DNA of 64,000 nt, from NCBI GenBank assembly GCA_013288825.1, contig JABDBC010000004.1, forward strand, positions 5,649 to 69,648, in the 5' to 3' direction. Position numbers and translations under genes: made by a program. The first letter of the stretch is position 1. Every line of letters starts with the position of its first letter. Origin of the DNA: Chlamydiota bacterium (GTDB lineage Bacteria; Chlamydiota; Chlamydiia; Chlamydiales; Parachlamydiaceae). Under the pieces are notes generated by a model. The model was not told the DNA's origin, made no database searches, and saw only the letters and a list, made by a program, of their open reading frames with translations. This document shows positions 19,284 through 28,810 of the stretch, one piece after another.

Positions 19284-20705
19284 CTACAGAAATTGTCCAA
19301 AATCGATAATTTTCGCGAAAAAGTCACTTTCGAGAACGGAATCTGTGACACCGTTCACATGTATGAGAATGGGACGAACGGAAAAGTTCTTTGGCTTTGC
19401 GATGCGATCCATTTTCTGCCGTAATTCCTTTATGACTGAGGGCCCAATCGGCTCTTTGGAAAACTTAATTTCACAGATGTAAAGCGTGTTAAACCTTGTT
19501 TGGATCAAATAATCAATCTGACATCCAGGATGTGTTTTTGTCGAGCGTTGGAAGTAGGGATTGTCATAAACCACTTCACTAGGATTCAAACCTAAAAGTT
19601 CATAAACCTTATGAAAATTGTTGAGTACCAAATTTTCAAATTGAATTCCCATTATGGTCGTCCATGCTGGGGGGGCGGCAATGCGGTTTTTTTCAATCTG
19701 TGTGCGTTGAGGTTCGATGTATCTCAGATAAAAACGGAGGTAATTGTCTCTGAGGCGAAATTTACATAAATTGGACTCTTTGCTACTTTTAATGTTCCAG
19801 GTGTGATCTCGAACGATATAACCAGTCTCTATTAGGTCTTCGAGGTAATCGCTGATCGTTCCTCCCTTTTCCAGATCGACCGCAGAGCAAATTTGCTCCA
19901 GCGTAGCGCTTCCTTCCACAAGCCGTTCTACAATTTGTTTGTAGCGTTGGGATCGCGTGGAAAATAGGTCGGAAAAAATTCGATCAAACTCTTCAACTAA
20001 CAAACCTCCCTTGCGGAAGGCTAAGTTATAGATATTGTCCTCTGCCGATAGGCCTGGATCGATTTCTTCTAGATAACGAGGAACACCACCTGTGACCGAA
20101 AGAATCTTAAACTTATCGTAAGAGGAAACAAGAGACGCTTTTTTTCTCCAAAACAGGTTACAGATGGGCAGTGGAAGCTCGTCAAGGGTCAGCTCCAATG
20201 AAATGCGTCCCATAAATCCCGTACTGCTTAGGATGTTGGTATCTATCCAGCTGGACATCGATCCACTGAGAATCATGAGGAGTTTGGGATTATTTTTAAA
20301 ATGCAAGTCCCATGCTGATTTCAACTTACCAAGAAATGTGTGGTCGAAAGAACCCATCCAATTAATTTCGTCTAGTACCACTAAAACTTGCTTCGATTGG
20401 GTTGCCTGAGAAAGATGCCAGAAGATATCCCCCCAGTCGTCAGCTTTTAAGCCTCGGATTCCCAACAGCCGCTCCATTTGCTGAACAAAATATTCTCGTT
20501 GTGTTTGTGCCGTGGTTTTTTCCGTAGGAGGAAGGCCGATAAAAATAAATGTTTTTAACCCCTTGCTAAATTCAAGAATAAGCCGACTTTTTCCAATCCG
20601 CCGCCTTCCTTTGATGACAACCAAGCTAGAGGTCTTTTTTTTGAGCAATCTATTAAGGCGATCTAACTCTTCCTTTCTTCCATAAAACGGTGTTTCGTCC
20701 ATCAC
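19284..20705 (-). CDS. ATPase, Arch_ATPase/DUF234-type
   Basis: 473 aa. Walker A GRRRIGKS, Walker B VVLDEINW. The C-terminal region resembles DUF234 (PD-(D/E)xK-like/wHTH tail) proteins. Confidence 0.85.
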   Translation of the reverse strand: MMDETPFYGRKEELDRLNRLLKKKTSSLVVIKGRRRIGKSRLILEFSKGLKTFIFIGLPPTEKTTAQTQREYFVQQMERLLGIRGLKADDWGDIFWHLSQATQSKQVLVVLDEINWMGSFDHTFLGKLKSAWDLHFKNNPKLLMILSGSMSSWIDTNILSSTGFMGRISLELTLDELPLPICNLFWRKKASLVSSYDKFKILSVTGGVPRYLEEIDPGLSAEDNIYNLAFRKGGLLVEEFDRIFSDLFSTRSQRYKQIVERLVEGSATLEQICSAVDLEKGGTISDYLEDLIETGYIVRDHTWNIKSSKESNLCKFRLRDNYLRFYLRYIEPQRTQIEKNRIAAPPAWTTIMGIQFENLVLNNFHKVYELLGLNPSEVVYDNPYFQRSTKTHPGCQIDYLIQTRFNTLYICEIKFSKEPIGPSVIKELRQKMDRIAKPKNFSVRPILIHVNGVTDSVLESDFFAKIIDFGQFL

Positions 20706-20745
20706 ATGACCCCTTCTTTGATATCTTCTACTATAGCATAATCAC

Positions 20746-20811
20746 ATCATGGAATCAAGAAAAGTTAATTCCATGATGAAATTTATCGGTATGAATTCTC
20801 ATCATGGAATG
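20746..20811. promoter_or_regulatory. CATCATGGAAT / ATTCCATGATG / CATCATGGAAT operator-like repeats
   Basis: Copies at 20746-20756, 20769-20779 (inverted) and 20801-20811, 40-105 bp upstream of the ATPase start and in the divergent region towards higA. Confidence 0.45.
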
Positions 20812-20907
20812 GAGTTTTCTTTGTTTCATGACGAGAAGTTATTCAAAGTTTTATGCGTGACGTAATGCTTAAAATCATGATAAGATATAATTATAAGGGA
20901 GAAATTT

Positions 20908-21207
20908 ATGAGTAATAAAATGCGTCCTATTCACCCCGGTGAAGTACTAAAAGACGAACTAGATGAACTCGGATTTTCAGCCAGTGCTTTTGCAAAGCAG
21001 CTAGCTGTGCCTGTCAATCGTGTGACTTCTATTTTGAATGGAACGAGGGCTGTAACCGCTGATACTGCACTTCGGTTAGCATGTTTCTTTGGAACTTCTG
21101 CTGAATTTTGGCTGAATTTGCAATCATCTTATAATTTGAAAATTACTATGCAACAGCAAGGCAAAAAGATAAGAAAAGAAGTGCATCCTCATAGAGAAGC
21201 GGCATAA
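20908..21207 (+). CDS. higA: HigA-family antitoxin (XRE HTH)
   Basis: MRPIHPGEVLKDELDELGFSASAFAKQLAVPVNRVTSILNGTRAVTADTALRLACFFGTSAEFWLNLQ is the canonical HigA/VapI pattern. Confidence 0.85.
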   Translation: MSNKMRPIHPGEVLKDELDELGFSASAFAKQLAVPVNRVTSILNGTRAVTADTALRLACFFGTSAEFWLNLQSSYNLKITMQQQGKKIRKEVHPHREAA

Positions 21208-21212
21208 TATAG

Positions 21213-21467
21213 TCATTTAGAAATTATCCACTCCCTCATCAACTGCTTTATTTTTGTTTGATAGTGAGTTCCCTCAAGATTTGCCTTCTGTTTAAAAGCA
21301 TTGAGAAGCGAAGGCTCTATTTTCAAGCTAATGAGTTGACACTTTTCAGGAGTTTTTGCGACAAGAGCGCGGTAATTTTCAAGAAATTCAATGATTTGAT
21401 CTGGCGTTAAGCTTGCACACCGCTCAAGATACTCTTTAGTGAAGTACTGAATTGTTTTTCTTTTCAT
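21213..21467 (-). CDS. RHH/CopG-like small protein (BrnA-type antitoxin-like)
   Basis: 84 aa. The C-terminal segment ISLKIEPSLLNAFKQKANLEGTHYQTKIKQLMREWI fits a ribbon-helix-helix. Overlaps the upstream gene by 4 bp (ATGA). Confidence 0.65.
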   Translation of the reverse strand: MKRKTIQYFTKEYLERCASLTPDQIIEFLENYRALVAKTPEKCQLISLKIEPSLLNAFKQKANLEGTHYQTKIKQLMREWIISK

Positions 21468-21922
21468 AAACTCTCCAAGGCCTTTACATCCTCTAAGTCT
21501 TGTTGACGTCCCGATGCTCTTTTCATTGCAATCAGGTCTTTTAGAGATAACACTCTAATTTTGCCAGAAGAAGTGCTGATCATTTTGGTGTGTGCGCTCT
21601 TAAGATCATAATTGATGATAATATCGACTTGATTAATTGGATTTTTAGGATCGTAGAAATTCCATGCAATTAGATTCCGGTTCTGTATATATTCATCTCT
21701 AAAGTGAAACAGGCTACTCGAATCGATAGGGATAAGGGAAACAAGCCCAAGCTCCTTTAAGACCTTCTCCGCATTTTCGAGATTTTTCAGTGTCCAATGG
21801 ATTGCAATATCGACATCCACAGTTCCTCTCGCCGCACCATGTAGGGCAACAGCATATCCCCCAACAATGGCATATGGAATTTTGGCATTATTAAGAGCGC
21901 TGCAAACATCATGAATGAACAT
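21464..21922 (-). CDS. nucleotidyltransferase-fold protein (AbiEii/DUF6036-like)
   Basis: MFIHDVCSALNNAKIPYAIVGGYAVALHGAARGTVDVDIAI carries the GG..(n)DxD pattern of minimal NTases. Start placed at MFIHD. Confidence 0.75.
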   Translation of the reverse strand: MFIHDVCSALNNAKIPYAIVGGYAVALHGAARGTVDVDIAIHWTLKNLENAEKVLKELGLVSLIPIDSSSLFHFRDEYIQNRNLIAWNFYDPKNPINQVDIIINYDLKSAHTKMISTSSGKIRVLSLKDLIAMKRASGRQQDLEDVKALESL

Positions 21923-22096
21923 ATGAATCTCTCGTTGGTATATACCGGTATATACCACATTTGGATTTTAGAAGTCAATATAAGTGCTACAATTCCCTGA
22001 ACATGACCAACTTGGCAGGAATGTTTGAAGTCTAATCAATCCTAGCATTCCGATACGCATCAGGCTAAGGTATGAAATTTCTCAGTAAAAAATTCA

Positions 22097-22190
22097 TTTT
22101 TTGATGCTTATACAGCATCAAAATATTGATTTTTGATGCTTATACAGCATCAAAATGTTGATTTTTGATGTCTTAAATGCTATCATAAAG
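22097..22190. repeat. 31-32 bp tandem repeat x ~2.5, each unit a palindrome TTTTGATGCT-TATAC-AGCATCAAAA
   Basis: Units begin at about 22097, 22130 and 22162 (degenerate). The array ends 20 bp before the XRE gene start. Confidence 0.8.
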
Positions 22191-22210
22191 AAGAGGAAGG
22201 AGAATGATTT

Positions 22211-22687
22211 ATGAAGAGACCTAAAAAATCGGAAAAGCTGCTTTTAAAAGAGATTTTTTTATCCAGTAAGACTTTATTAAAGCACCAAAGAAATCTTGAA
22301 ATAGGACAGCTAATTACGCTTACCCGAAATCAGCTGAAAATGTCACAACGAGCATTGGCTAAGAGGGCAGGAATTCCACAATCCACAGTATCCAGAATTG
22401 AATCTTGCGGCTTCGAAACAAATATCTCGATGCTGAAGAAGATTTTAAATGCTATGGCATGCGACCTACTTATCACAATTGTTCCAAAGGACGATTTAGA
22501 GACTATCAGAAAAAAACAAGCGAGAGTCAAAGCTGAAAAGAAAATTCGTTACCTCCATGGAACAATGAGTCTTGAAAAACAGGCGCCTAGCCAAAAGCTA
22601 TTACAGGAATTAATCAACGATGAAGTGAGTGATCTGTTAGATGCATCGGGTTCGGTACTTTGGGAAGAAGAATTATTTGAACAGTGA
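22211..22687 (+). CDS. XRE-family HTH protein
   Basis: LTRNQLKMSQRALAKRAGIPQSTVSRIESC is an HTH_3 motif. The ~80-aa C-terminal extension is unassigned. Confidence 0.8.
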   Translation: MKRPKKSEKLLLKEIFLSSKTLLKHQRNLEIGQLITLTRNQLKMSQRALAKRAGIPQSTVSRIESCGFETNISMLKKILNAMACDLLITIVPKDDLETIRKKQARVKAEKKIRYLHGTMSLEKQAPSQKLLQELINDEVSDLLDASGSVLWEEELFEQ

Positions 22688-22724
22688 AAGATATTCACAG
22701 CCCATCTGAAGGAGCATAATCGCA

Positions 22725-23915
22725 ATGAGGAAACATCTCAAACTATCCAGCTATTTGTTATTGTTTACTATTTTCCTGTTACCTTTTCAAAACTTCGGAA
22801 CTGAAGCCAGCGGACTTCAAATAATAGGTGAATTGCCCGAGGATCATAGTTTGTTAAATAAGTTACAAACACTATCCAACGAAGAAAGAAGTTTTTTATC
22901 GCCCGAGTATGAATCAATATTGATGCAACTTAAAGCCCGAATAGATGTTCTGAGGAATGGAGGATTTTTCATCCAATCGATGCTGCATGAAGAGTTGACT
23001 CCTGAAGAAGCGTTGCTTATATTTGGACCCTGTTTAGGAATTGACAACTACCTTGGAGATCCCTATGTGAGGGCAGTTTTTGCACAAAGCTTTTTCCCTG
23101 AATTTTACTTTACACGCTTCAGTGAAAGGACAAAAGTTGATCCTGAAAATTATTTCAATGAAACAGAACTGGAAGAGATTCATCAAACTGCCAAAGAGAT
23201 CCTTCGCAGGACTTCATGCGGAGATCACCTGATAAGCCTCGGTCAAAGCCCAGCGTATATTGTCGAGGCACTTGAAGAATTAGTATCCGATGATGAAACC
23301 CATGAGAATTTTCGCATTATTTATAAAGTGCCATGCTCTGGAGCTCCTGATTATTGCTGCTTAAATACACACTATAAAGGACTCCAATTGTCGAATGTCA
23401 CCACGCCAAAGTCATTGGCATACTATAAACAGGTCCTGAGAGATATAGGAGTGTGCCCATTGCAATTGGGATCGGATAGGAATATATATGTGATTGATCT
23501 GATTGGGACAGGCGGAAGTATCGCGTCATTTTTGAAGATATTGGTCAGTTGGTATGGGTCATTAGGGGTTGACTTGCCTGAGATTAGGCTATTGGACATT
23601 AGTGTAGAGAACAGAAATTTTAGAAATGAAACTCGCGTGATTTTACCAATAGTGGACAATTGTCAGATTCACATAGATCGGCTCTTCATACATACAACAG
23701 CATACTTATCGGATAAGTTGGACTATACTGAAGGAGAGGATCGTATTATACCTCCTTTTGGCGCCTTGCAATGGAAACCGGAATATGAGCGAGTATACAA
23801 ACAATATCCTAACAACTATGGTAGGGCGATAATAGAATGTGTGCGGAGATATGTAGAAAAAAGACTTTACAACAGTGGCAGCACTTATCTAGAATGCGCA
23901 ACATGCATGGATTAA
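22725..23915 (+). CDS. secreted hypothetical protein
   Basis: 396 aa. Signal-like N-terminus, RBS GAAGGAG. Possible Rossmann-like stretch YVIDLIGTGGSIASF. No family recognised. Confidence 0.75.
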   Translation: MRKHLKLSSYLLLFTIFLLPFQNFGTEASGLQIIGELPEDHSLLNKLQTLSNEERSFLSPEYESILMQLKARIDVLRNGGFFIQSMLHEELTPEEALLIFGPCLGIDNYLGDPYVRAVFAQSFFPEFYFTRFSERTKVDPENYFNETELEEIHQTAKEILRRTSCGDHLISLGQSPAYIVEALEELVSDDETHENFRIIYKVPCSGAPDYCCLNTHYKGLQLSNVTTPKSLAYYKQVLRDIGVCPLQLGSDRNIYVIDLIGTGGSIASFLKILVSWYGSLGVDLPEIRLLDISVENRNFRNETRVILPIVDNCQIHIDRLFIHTTAYLSDKLDYTEGEDRIIPPFGALQWKPEYERVYKQYPNNYGRAIIECVRRYVEKRLYNSGSTYLECATCMD

Positions 23916-23961
23916 CACCATGATGACTTTTCAGGCAAATAATTACCTATAGGGAGCTACT

Positions 23962-24513
23962 ATGAAAAAAACTATTTTTTTGTCGACATTTTTAGGGATG
24001 TTTGTTGTAGCAGGCCCAATATTTGCTGCAAATGCGAATGCTCCAGAATCAAATGATAAAACAGCACCCACAACGGCTACAATACAAAAACTTGCTTCGG
24101 AATTTGTTAAAAATTTGCCTGGGGAATTTAAGCTTGACGGCACACATACCGAAGAAGTGGGGAAGTATAGACTTGCAGCCATGAAAAACGGTGACTGGCT
24201 TCTAACGGATCATCCTATTCCTCTAGTAGACAGTTTTACACAGCGAACCTCTGCGTTTGCGACAATTTTTGTTAAATCAGGCGATGAATTTGTCAGAGAA
24301 TCGACTTCTCTTATAACTGAAAGTAATACAGATGCTGCTGGCACTGTTTTGAGCCATACAAATCCTGCTTACGATAACTTGATGAACGGAAAACGTTTCA
24401 CAGGCATTGTTGAATTGTTTGGTAAAAAATACATGGCTGATTACGATGTTTTTCGCGACAAAGACGGCAATGTGATTGGTGCTTACTTAGTTGGGCTTCC
24501 TCTTGCAAAATGA
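23962..24513 (+). CDS. stand-alone periplasmic single-Cache (sCache_3-like) sensor domain protein
   Basis: Signal peptide present. FATIFVKSGDEFVRESTSL..AAGTVLSHTNPAYDNLMNGKRFTGIVELFGKKYMADYDVFRDKDGNVIGAYLVGLP matches the Cache_3 ligand-binding pattern of chemoreceptors. Confidence 0.8.
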   Translation: MKKTIFLSTFLGMFVVAGPIFAANANAPESNDKTAPTTATIQKLASEFVKNLPGEFKLDGTHTEEVGKYRLAAMKNGDWLLTDHPIPLVDSFTQRTSAFATIFVKSGDEFVRESTSLITESNTDAAGTVLSHTNPAYDNLMNGKRFTGIVELFGKKYMADYDVFRDKDGNVIGAYLVGLPLAK

Positions 24514-24740
24514 TGCTTCGGTTGAGTAGGGGGCCTTGAGGGCCTCCTACGGTTGAACTATGGAAACTTCAGTGAGTGTTTTTGGATGCCCTTCTTCATC
24601 TAACACAAATTTTCCCCTTACCTCAATCAAGTCTTTTCGACTTTCCAAAATGGAGCCTTCTATTTCTGGACAATAGTAACATAGAGGCTAAAACAAAGCC
24701 TAAAAAAGTTCAAAATTCACCATAAAATCGATTAACTCTT

Positions 24741-24910
24741 AGGGATCGTCAAAAAATAACCTATACAACTCCATAGGAGAAATTGCGTCTTAGCTCTCGT
24801 AAAATTACTTCTGAACAACCCCTGTTGTGGGCTGTTCAGAAGTAATTTTACGAGAGCTAAGACGCAATTTCTCCTATGGAGTTGTATAGGTTATTTTTTG
24901 ACGATCCCTT
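24741..24910. repeat. 170-bp near-perfect palindrome (arms ~78 nt)
   Basis: AGGGATCGTCAAAAAATAACCTATACAACTCCATAGGAGAAATTGCGTCTTAGCTCTCGTAAAATTACTTCTGAACA pairs with its complement ending at 24910. Read directly. Confidence 0.9.
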
Positions 24911-25089
24911 ATCTTCTAGAGATCTTATTGTCTCTGTCAAGACAAATATCTGGTGTCCAGGATGACAAGTTCAATTTTGCATATTTATAAGGCCTACAGA
25001 ACTATTGACAATAACTTATTAAAAAAGTTAAAATCTTTATACTTTTACATACAATCTTTATTTAAAGTAATAATTTATTTTGGATCTTT

Positions 25090-25728
25090 ATGAATGTTAC
25101 TGCTACTGGCGGTTCTGAATCGTCAAGTTCTTTTTCCCCCTCTAAGTCTCTTCCTATAAGCTTGGATGATCTTATAAGGAAAGTTTATGCAGTGGCAAAT
25201 ATAACGAACTTTGAGGAATGGCTTAAGCTCAATAATATGTCAGGTCCTGATACTGGAATGTACACGCAGCGGGGAGATTTTGCTGTCTTTGTTGTTATGA
25301 AGCGCCCCACAACTGCAATTCAGATAAACGATTGGATGGAAAAAGTACAAAAAAAATCTTATGACTTAGTGAAAACACACAAAGCCGCAGGCGGCGATCA
25401 AAGCATTTCGCCTCTAATTCAAGCTTGGGTTAGCGATCCTTTGAAGCCGACAGTGTTGTATCTCTCCGGTTTCGCTGGGGTAGAATCACTACCATTGGTT
25501 GTAGGTACCATTCGTCAGAAAGCTGTTGAAGTTATTCAAGACCATCTTCGCTCTAGAGAAGGCGTAATAGGAATAGAAGAACTTCTTATCAGAGTAGAGG
25601 ATATGAATCAGTTTCCAGTGGTATTACTAAAGCTTATTGGACTTTTCACTGGAATGTTCCTTGAAATGAGCGATTTATCCACACCCGATCTTACTCTTGC
25701 TGTAAAAAAGACCATGGTGATAAAATAA
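25090..25728 (+). CDS. hypothetical protein with Ser-rich N-terminus
   Basis: 212-aa ORF. No homology recognised and the RBS is weak. Confidence 0.6.
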   Translation: MNVTATGGSESSSSFSPSKSLPISLDDLIRKVYAVANITNFEEWLKLNNMSGPDTGMYTQRGDFAVFVVMKRPTTAIQINDWMEKVQKKSYDLVKTHKAAGGDQSISPLIQAWVSDPLKPTVLYLSGFAGVESLPLVVGTIRQKAVEVIQDHLRSREGVIGIEELLIRVEDMNQFPVVLLKLIGLFTGMFLEMSDLSTPDLTLAVKKTMVIK

Positions 25729-25823
25729 ATCTAATTTCTTATCATCGCATCTCATTTTGCTTCAATTGTCATCTAGACCAGGCTCAATACAATTCTTTAT
25801 AAGATCCTAACTTTGGATTTTTT

Positions 25824-27047
25824 ATGACCGCCAAAGAACTAAAATTTTTATTGCTAATCATTGTCATCTTTATCGCAGCATGCATTGAGACAGATATCTA
25901 TCTCCCTGCTTTTCCCGATATGATGCTGTTCTTCTTAACAACAGAAGAACAGATCCAAAGCCTTCTCACTTGGAACTTTTTTGGTATTTGCATCTCCGGT
26001 CCCTTTTACGGACCGATCTCCGATTCATTTGGTCGAAAGAAACCTTTACTGATCGCTTTGGGCTTTTTCCTGATTGGCAGTATTGTCACTTTATTTGCAC
26101 AGTCTTTTGACGTAATGCTCTTTGGAAGACTTCTACAAGGGATTGGAAGTGGTGGATGCTTCACACTGGGAACAGCCGTTATCTTTGATGGCTTCAGCCC
26201 AAAAAATGCCATTAAAGCTCTTAACCACATCAATATGATTGTTCCATTTATTATGGCTGTGGCACCTTTGTTAGGAGGATTTCTCAATCATATGTGGGGA
26301 TTTCGATCGAACTTCATAGCTATCGCGATATGCGTGGCAGCAAGCTTGCTCCTTTGCCTCTTTTTCCTGCCTGAAACACTGCAAGAAGATAAAAAGAGAC
26401 CTTTGGAGATGAGGAGAGTGGCTTCCGATTTCAAACGCACGCTTACAAGCCTCCCTTTTTGGCTCGTAACGCTATTTGTAAGCATCATTTTTGGAGGATA
26501 CCTCGCATTCCTTTCTATTTCATCCGTTCTGTTTGTGATGGAATTAGGAGTTGATAAGGCACATTTTCCTTTTTTTCAGGCATTTATACTGATAGCATGG
26601 TTGATCGGCAGCTTAACTTTTAATTCAGTGATTGCTGTTCTTGGTACAGCTAAAACAAAAATCTGGGGCATTGCATTAGTGATTGTCGGGGGGCTTGGAT
26701 TTGCAATTGGGGCATATTTGTTTCCCACCAACCCATACCTGGCGACTATCTTGATGGGGCTTTACGCTTTAGGGGCTAATTGGAGCATGGGACTTTACTT
26801 TCCAGAGGGGATGCAAGTGTTGCCAGATATCAAAGGGGTCACAGCGAGTGTTCTGACGAGCATGCGACTGCTTATTGGCGCCTGGCTTGTGGGGCTTACT
26901 GCGGCTTTGTACGATGGTACCATTTATCCTTTGGCCGGCGTTTTGGGCGGGAGCGTGCTGTTAATTATTCCTATAATTTATGTTTATGAGAGATATTGTC
27001 CTTTGGCTCTGGAACCAGATGTTGAGGCCGTTTCGCTTTCACATTAG
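25824..27047 (+). CDS. MFS transporter, Bcr/CflA-like drug:H+ antiporter
   Basis: 407 aa, about 12 TM. N-terminal ETDIYLPAFPDM and GPISDSFGRKKP (motif A-like). Confidence 0.9.
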   Translation: MTAKELKFLLLIIVIFIAACIETDIYLPAFPDMMLFFLTTEEQIQSLLTWNFFGICISGPFYGPISDSFGRKKPLLIALGFFLIGSIVTLFAQSFDVMLFGRLLQGIGSGGCFTLGTAVIFDGFSPKNAIKALNHINMIVPFIMAVAPLLGGFLNHMWGFRSNFIAIAICVAASLLLCLFFLPETLQEDKKRPLEMRRVASDFKRTLTSLPFWLVTLFVSIIFGGYLAFLSISSVLFVMELGVDKAHFPFFQAFILIAWLIGSLTFNSVIAVLGTAKTKIWGIALVIVGGLGFAIGAYLFPTNPYLATILMGLYALGANWSMGLYFPEGMQVLPDIKGVTASVLTSMRLLIGAWLVGLTAALYDGTIYPLAGVLGGSVLLIIPIIYVYERYCPLALEPDVEAVSLSH

Positions 27048-27062
27048 AAGCAAAGGATAAAA

Positions 27063-27088
27063 GGACATAAGGAGGTAATTGCAGAAGT
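27063..27088. repeat. solo copy of palindromic-element modules (GGACATAAGGA + GAGGTAATTGCAGAAGT)
   Basis: Same 17-mer as at 1057-1073 and the complement of 29901-29917. Lies between convergent MFS and osmC genes. Confidence 0.6.
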
Positions 27089-27110
27089 GCTCAGCCTGAA
27101 AGACAGCTGC

Positions 27111-27533
27111 TTATTTAAGCCGAGCAGATACAGAAATCTCAGCTTTAAAAAGTTTTGAAACAGGGCAGCCCGTTTCAGCAGCTTTTACAGCAGCTTGGAA
27201 CTTATCTTTATTAGCTCCTGGTATATCTGCAACCAGATCAATATGACTTTTCGTAATAGCAAAACCACCTTTCCCTTGTTCAAGAGTAATTGTCGCAGTG
27301 GCTTCGAGTTTGTTTGGGACCATGCCTGCATTACCCAATTCATTTGACAACGCCATAGCGAAGCATCCTGCGTGAGCTGCGGCAAGAAGTTCTTCAGGGT
27401 TGGTGCCTATGCCATTTTCAAAGCGCGTTGAGAATGAATATTGCGTTTGCTTGAGAACGCCGCTATCTGTTGAAATCGTTCCTTTACCATCTTTTAAGCC
27501 ACCTTGCCAAATTGCTGAAGCTTTGCGATCCAT
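27111..27533 (-). CDS. osmC: OsmC-family peroxiredoxin
   Basis: 140 aa. [45 protein letters not shown] carries both conserved Cys. Confidence 0.9.
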   Translation of the reverse strand: MDRKASAIWQGGLKDGKGTISTDSGVLKQTQYSFSTRFENGIGTNPEELLAAAHAGCFAMALSNELGNAGMVPNKLEATATITLEQGKGGFAITKSHIDLVADIPGANKDKFQAAVKAAETGCPVSKLFKAEISVSARLK

Positions 27534-27713
27534 ATTACCTTCTCCTTGTAAAAATTTGGTTCTATCAATTTATTGTAAAGTTTATGATTATGACTATGAA
27601 AAAAACAAGGCTTTTTCCAAAATTCCTTGCTTATTTTCAGGCCAACGGTCTGATGATGGGCTCTTTTGCAAATACCTCGGTAGGGGAGCTACATTATATA
27701 CCATGCACAACAA

Positions 27714-28670
27714 TTAGAGGATGGCGCAGGTGTAGAAGTCTCTGGTAGCCTCTGAAACAACAGTAGGGGTGAGTGAAGGGGTTGCCGGCGGTGTTGTAGA
27801 ACTTGAAGAAGACGGTGGAGCAGAATCAGAAGACGATGTGACAGGTGTGCTAGGAATTGGTGGAGACGATGTGGATGATGAAGAGGATAAAGAAGGCGAT
27901 GAAGAAGAGGAGGAGGAGGAGGAGGAGGTTGCTGCTGTTGTAGAGGAGCAAGTAGAACGACTCTTATGATATTCGTCTATCAATCTTTGAAGTTCTTTTT
28001 TCCAGGGAAATCGTTTTGTTTCTTTTGTAGAAGGATTAGCCTCTCGGATTTTCCATAAACTTTCCCAATCTTTATTACTCCATGGGGCATCAACTTTTGT
28101 CAATGAATAGTGGAATATCCACTCTTTATCGCCTTGTTCTCTCGAGACTTTTACAAATCTAAAGGTTTCTGATGCAACTTTACGTATTTCATCGTTTGAG
28201 AATTCGCAACAGAGTTTATAGGCTCTTCTTAACTCTGAGAAAGTAATAAGCCTCCTTTTTGTATCTTGTGTGTATCTGTTTGTCAGATACTCGGATTTTG
28301 GAGGAAAAGGGTTGTCATCGATATCAATACAAAAAACGAGTTGAATAATTGGTTGTCCTTCCATCGCTCTCTTGTAATTTTCAAAGATAAGATTTACCAA
28401 ATTGGCTTTACAAGAACGGAGTCCATCTTTACACTGTCCTCCATTAGACAGCATAGAAGGTTCTTTGTTTACTGTACTAGAATAAAGCTTGCACAGTGCT
28501 TTTTCAGATGGAGTGTTATATCCAAACAGATAATAGTTATAAATTGGGTTTCCTGCGCTAGTACATAGATCAGCTATCTGTCTGTATTTGCAATGATCAT
28601 AGCCATAAAACACTGTATGCTCTGAGTAATCTGTTATGTTTAAAACTGATGAATAATCAACTGTACACAT
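27714..28670 (-). CDS. hypothetical protein with Ser/Thr/Pro-rich C-terminal tail
   Basis: 318-aa ORF. The ~75-aa tail includes a run of 10 Ser. The upstream region 28680-28800 is extremely AT-rich. Confidence 0.7.
   Translation of the reverse strand: MCTVDYSSVLNITDYSEHTVFYGYDHCKYRQIADLCTSAGNPIYNYYLFGYNTPSEKALCKLYSSTVNKEPSMLSNGGQCKDGLRSCKANLVNLIFENYKRAMEGQPIIQLVFCIDIDDNPFPPKSEYLTNRYTQDTKRRLITFSELRRAYKLCCEFSNDEIRKVASETFRFVKVSREQGDKEWIFHYSLTKVDAPWSNKDWESLWKIREANPSTKETKRFPWKKELQRLIDEYHKSRSTCSSTTAATSSSSSSSSSSPSLSSSSSTSSPPIPSTPVTSSSDSAPPSSSSSTTPPATPSLTPTVVSEATRDFYTCAIL
27907..27927. repeat. (GAG)7 trinucleotide repeat, read as Ser codons on the coding (minus) strand
   Basis: Read directly. Flanked by GAA/GAT-rich imperfect repeats. 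Confidence 0.9.
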
Positions 28671-28810
28671 AAAACTCCATAATTTATATTAACAATAATA
28701 TTATTATAAAATATATGAAATATAAAAGTCAAATAAAAAATACTATAATATATAATATATTGATGGAATTTAATATATGATTTAATTACACAAGATACAA
28801 TACACTTTAT

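Noticed and set aside
20706-20907. Search for a HigB toxin or its remnant upstream of higA
   Set aside because: There is no ORF of useful length, and no RelE/HigB-like peptide in any frame that I could recognise. The region is occupied by the CATCATGGAAT repeats and a promoter-like AT-rich stretch.
24552-24700. Possible minus-strand coding remnant (..GSILESRKDLIEVRGKFVLDEEGHPKTLTEVSIVQP*) in the gap after the Cache-domain gene
   Set aside because: It is short, with no start codon context and no recognisable homology. I could not distinguish it from chance.
27769-27969. Plus-strand ORF encoding a poly-Glu/Asp peptide
   Set aside because: It is the antisense reading of the poly-Ser tail of the 27714..28670 gene. 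The low-complexity mirror frame has no independent start context.
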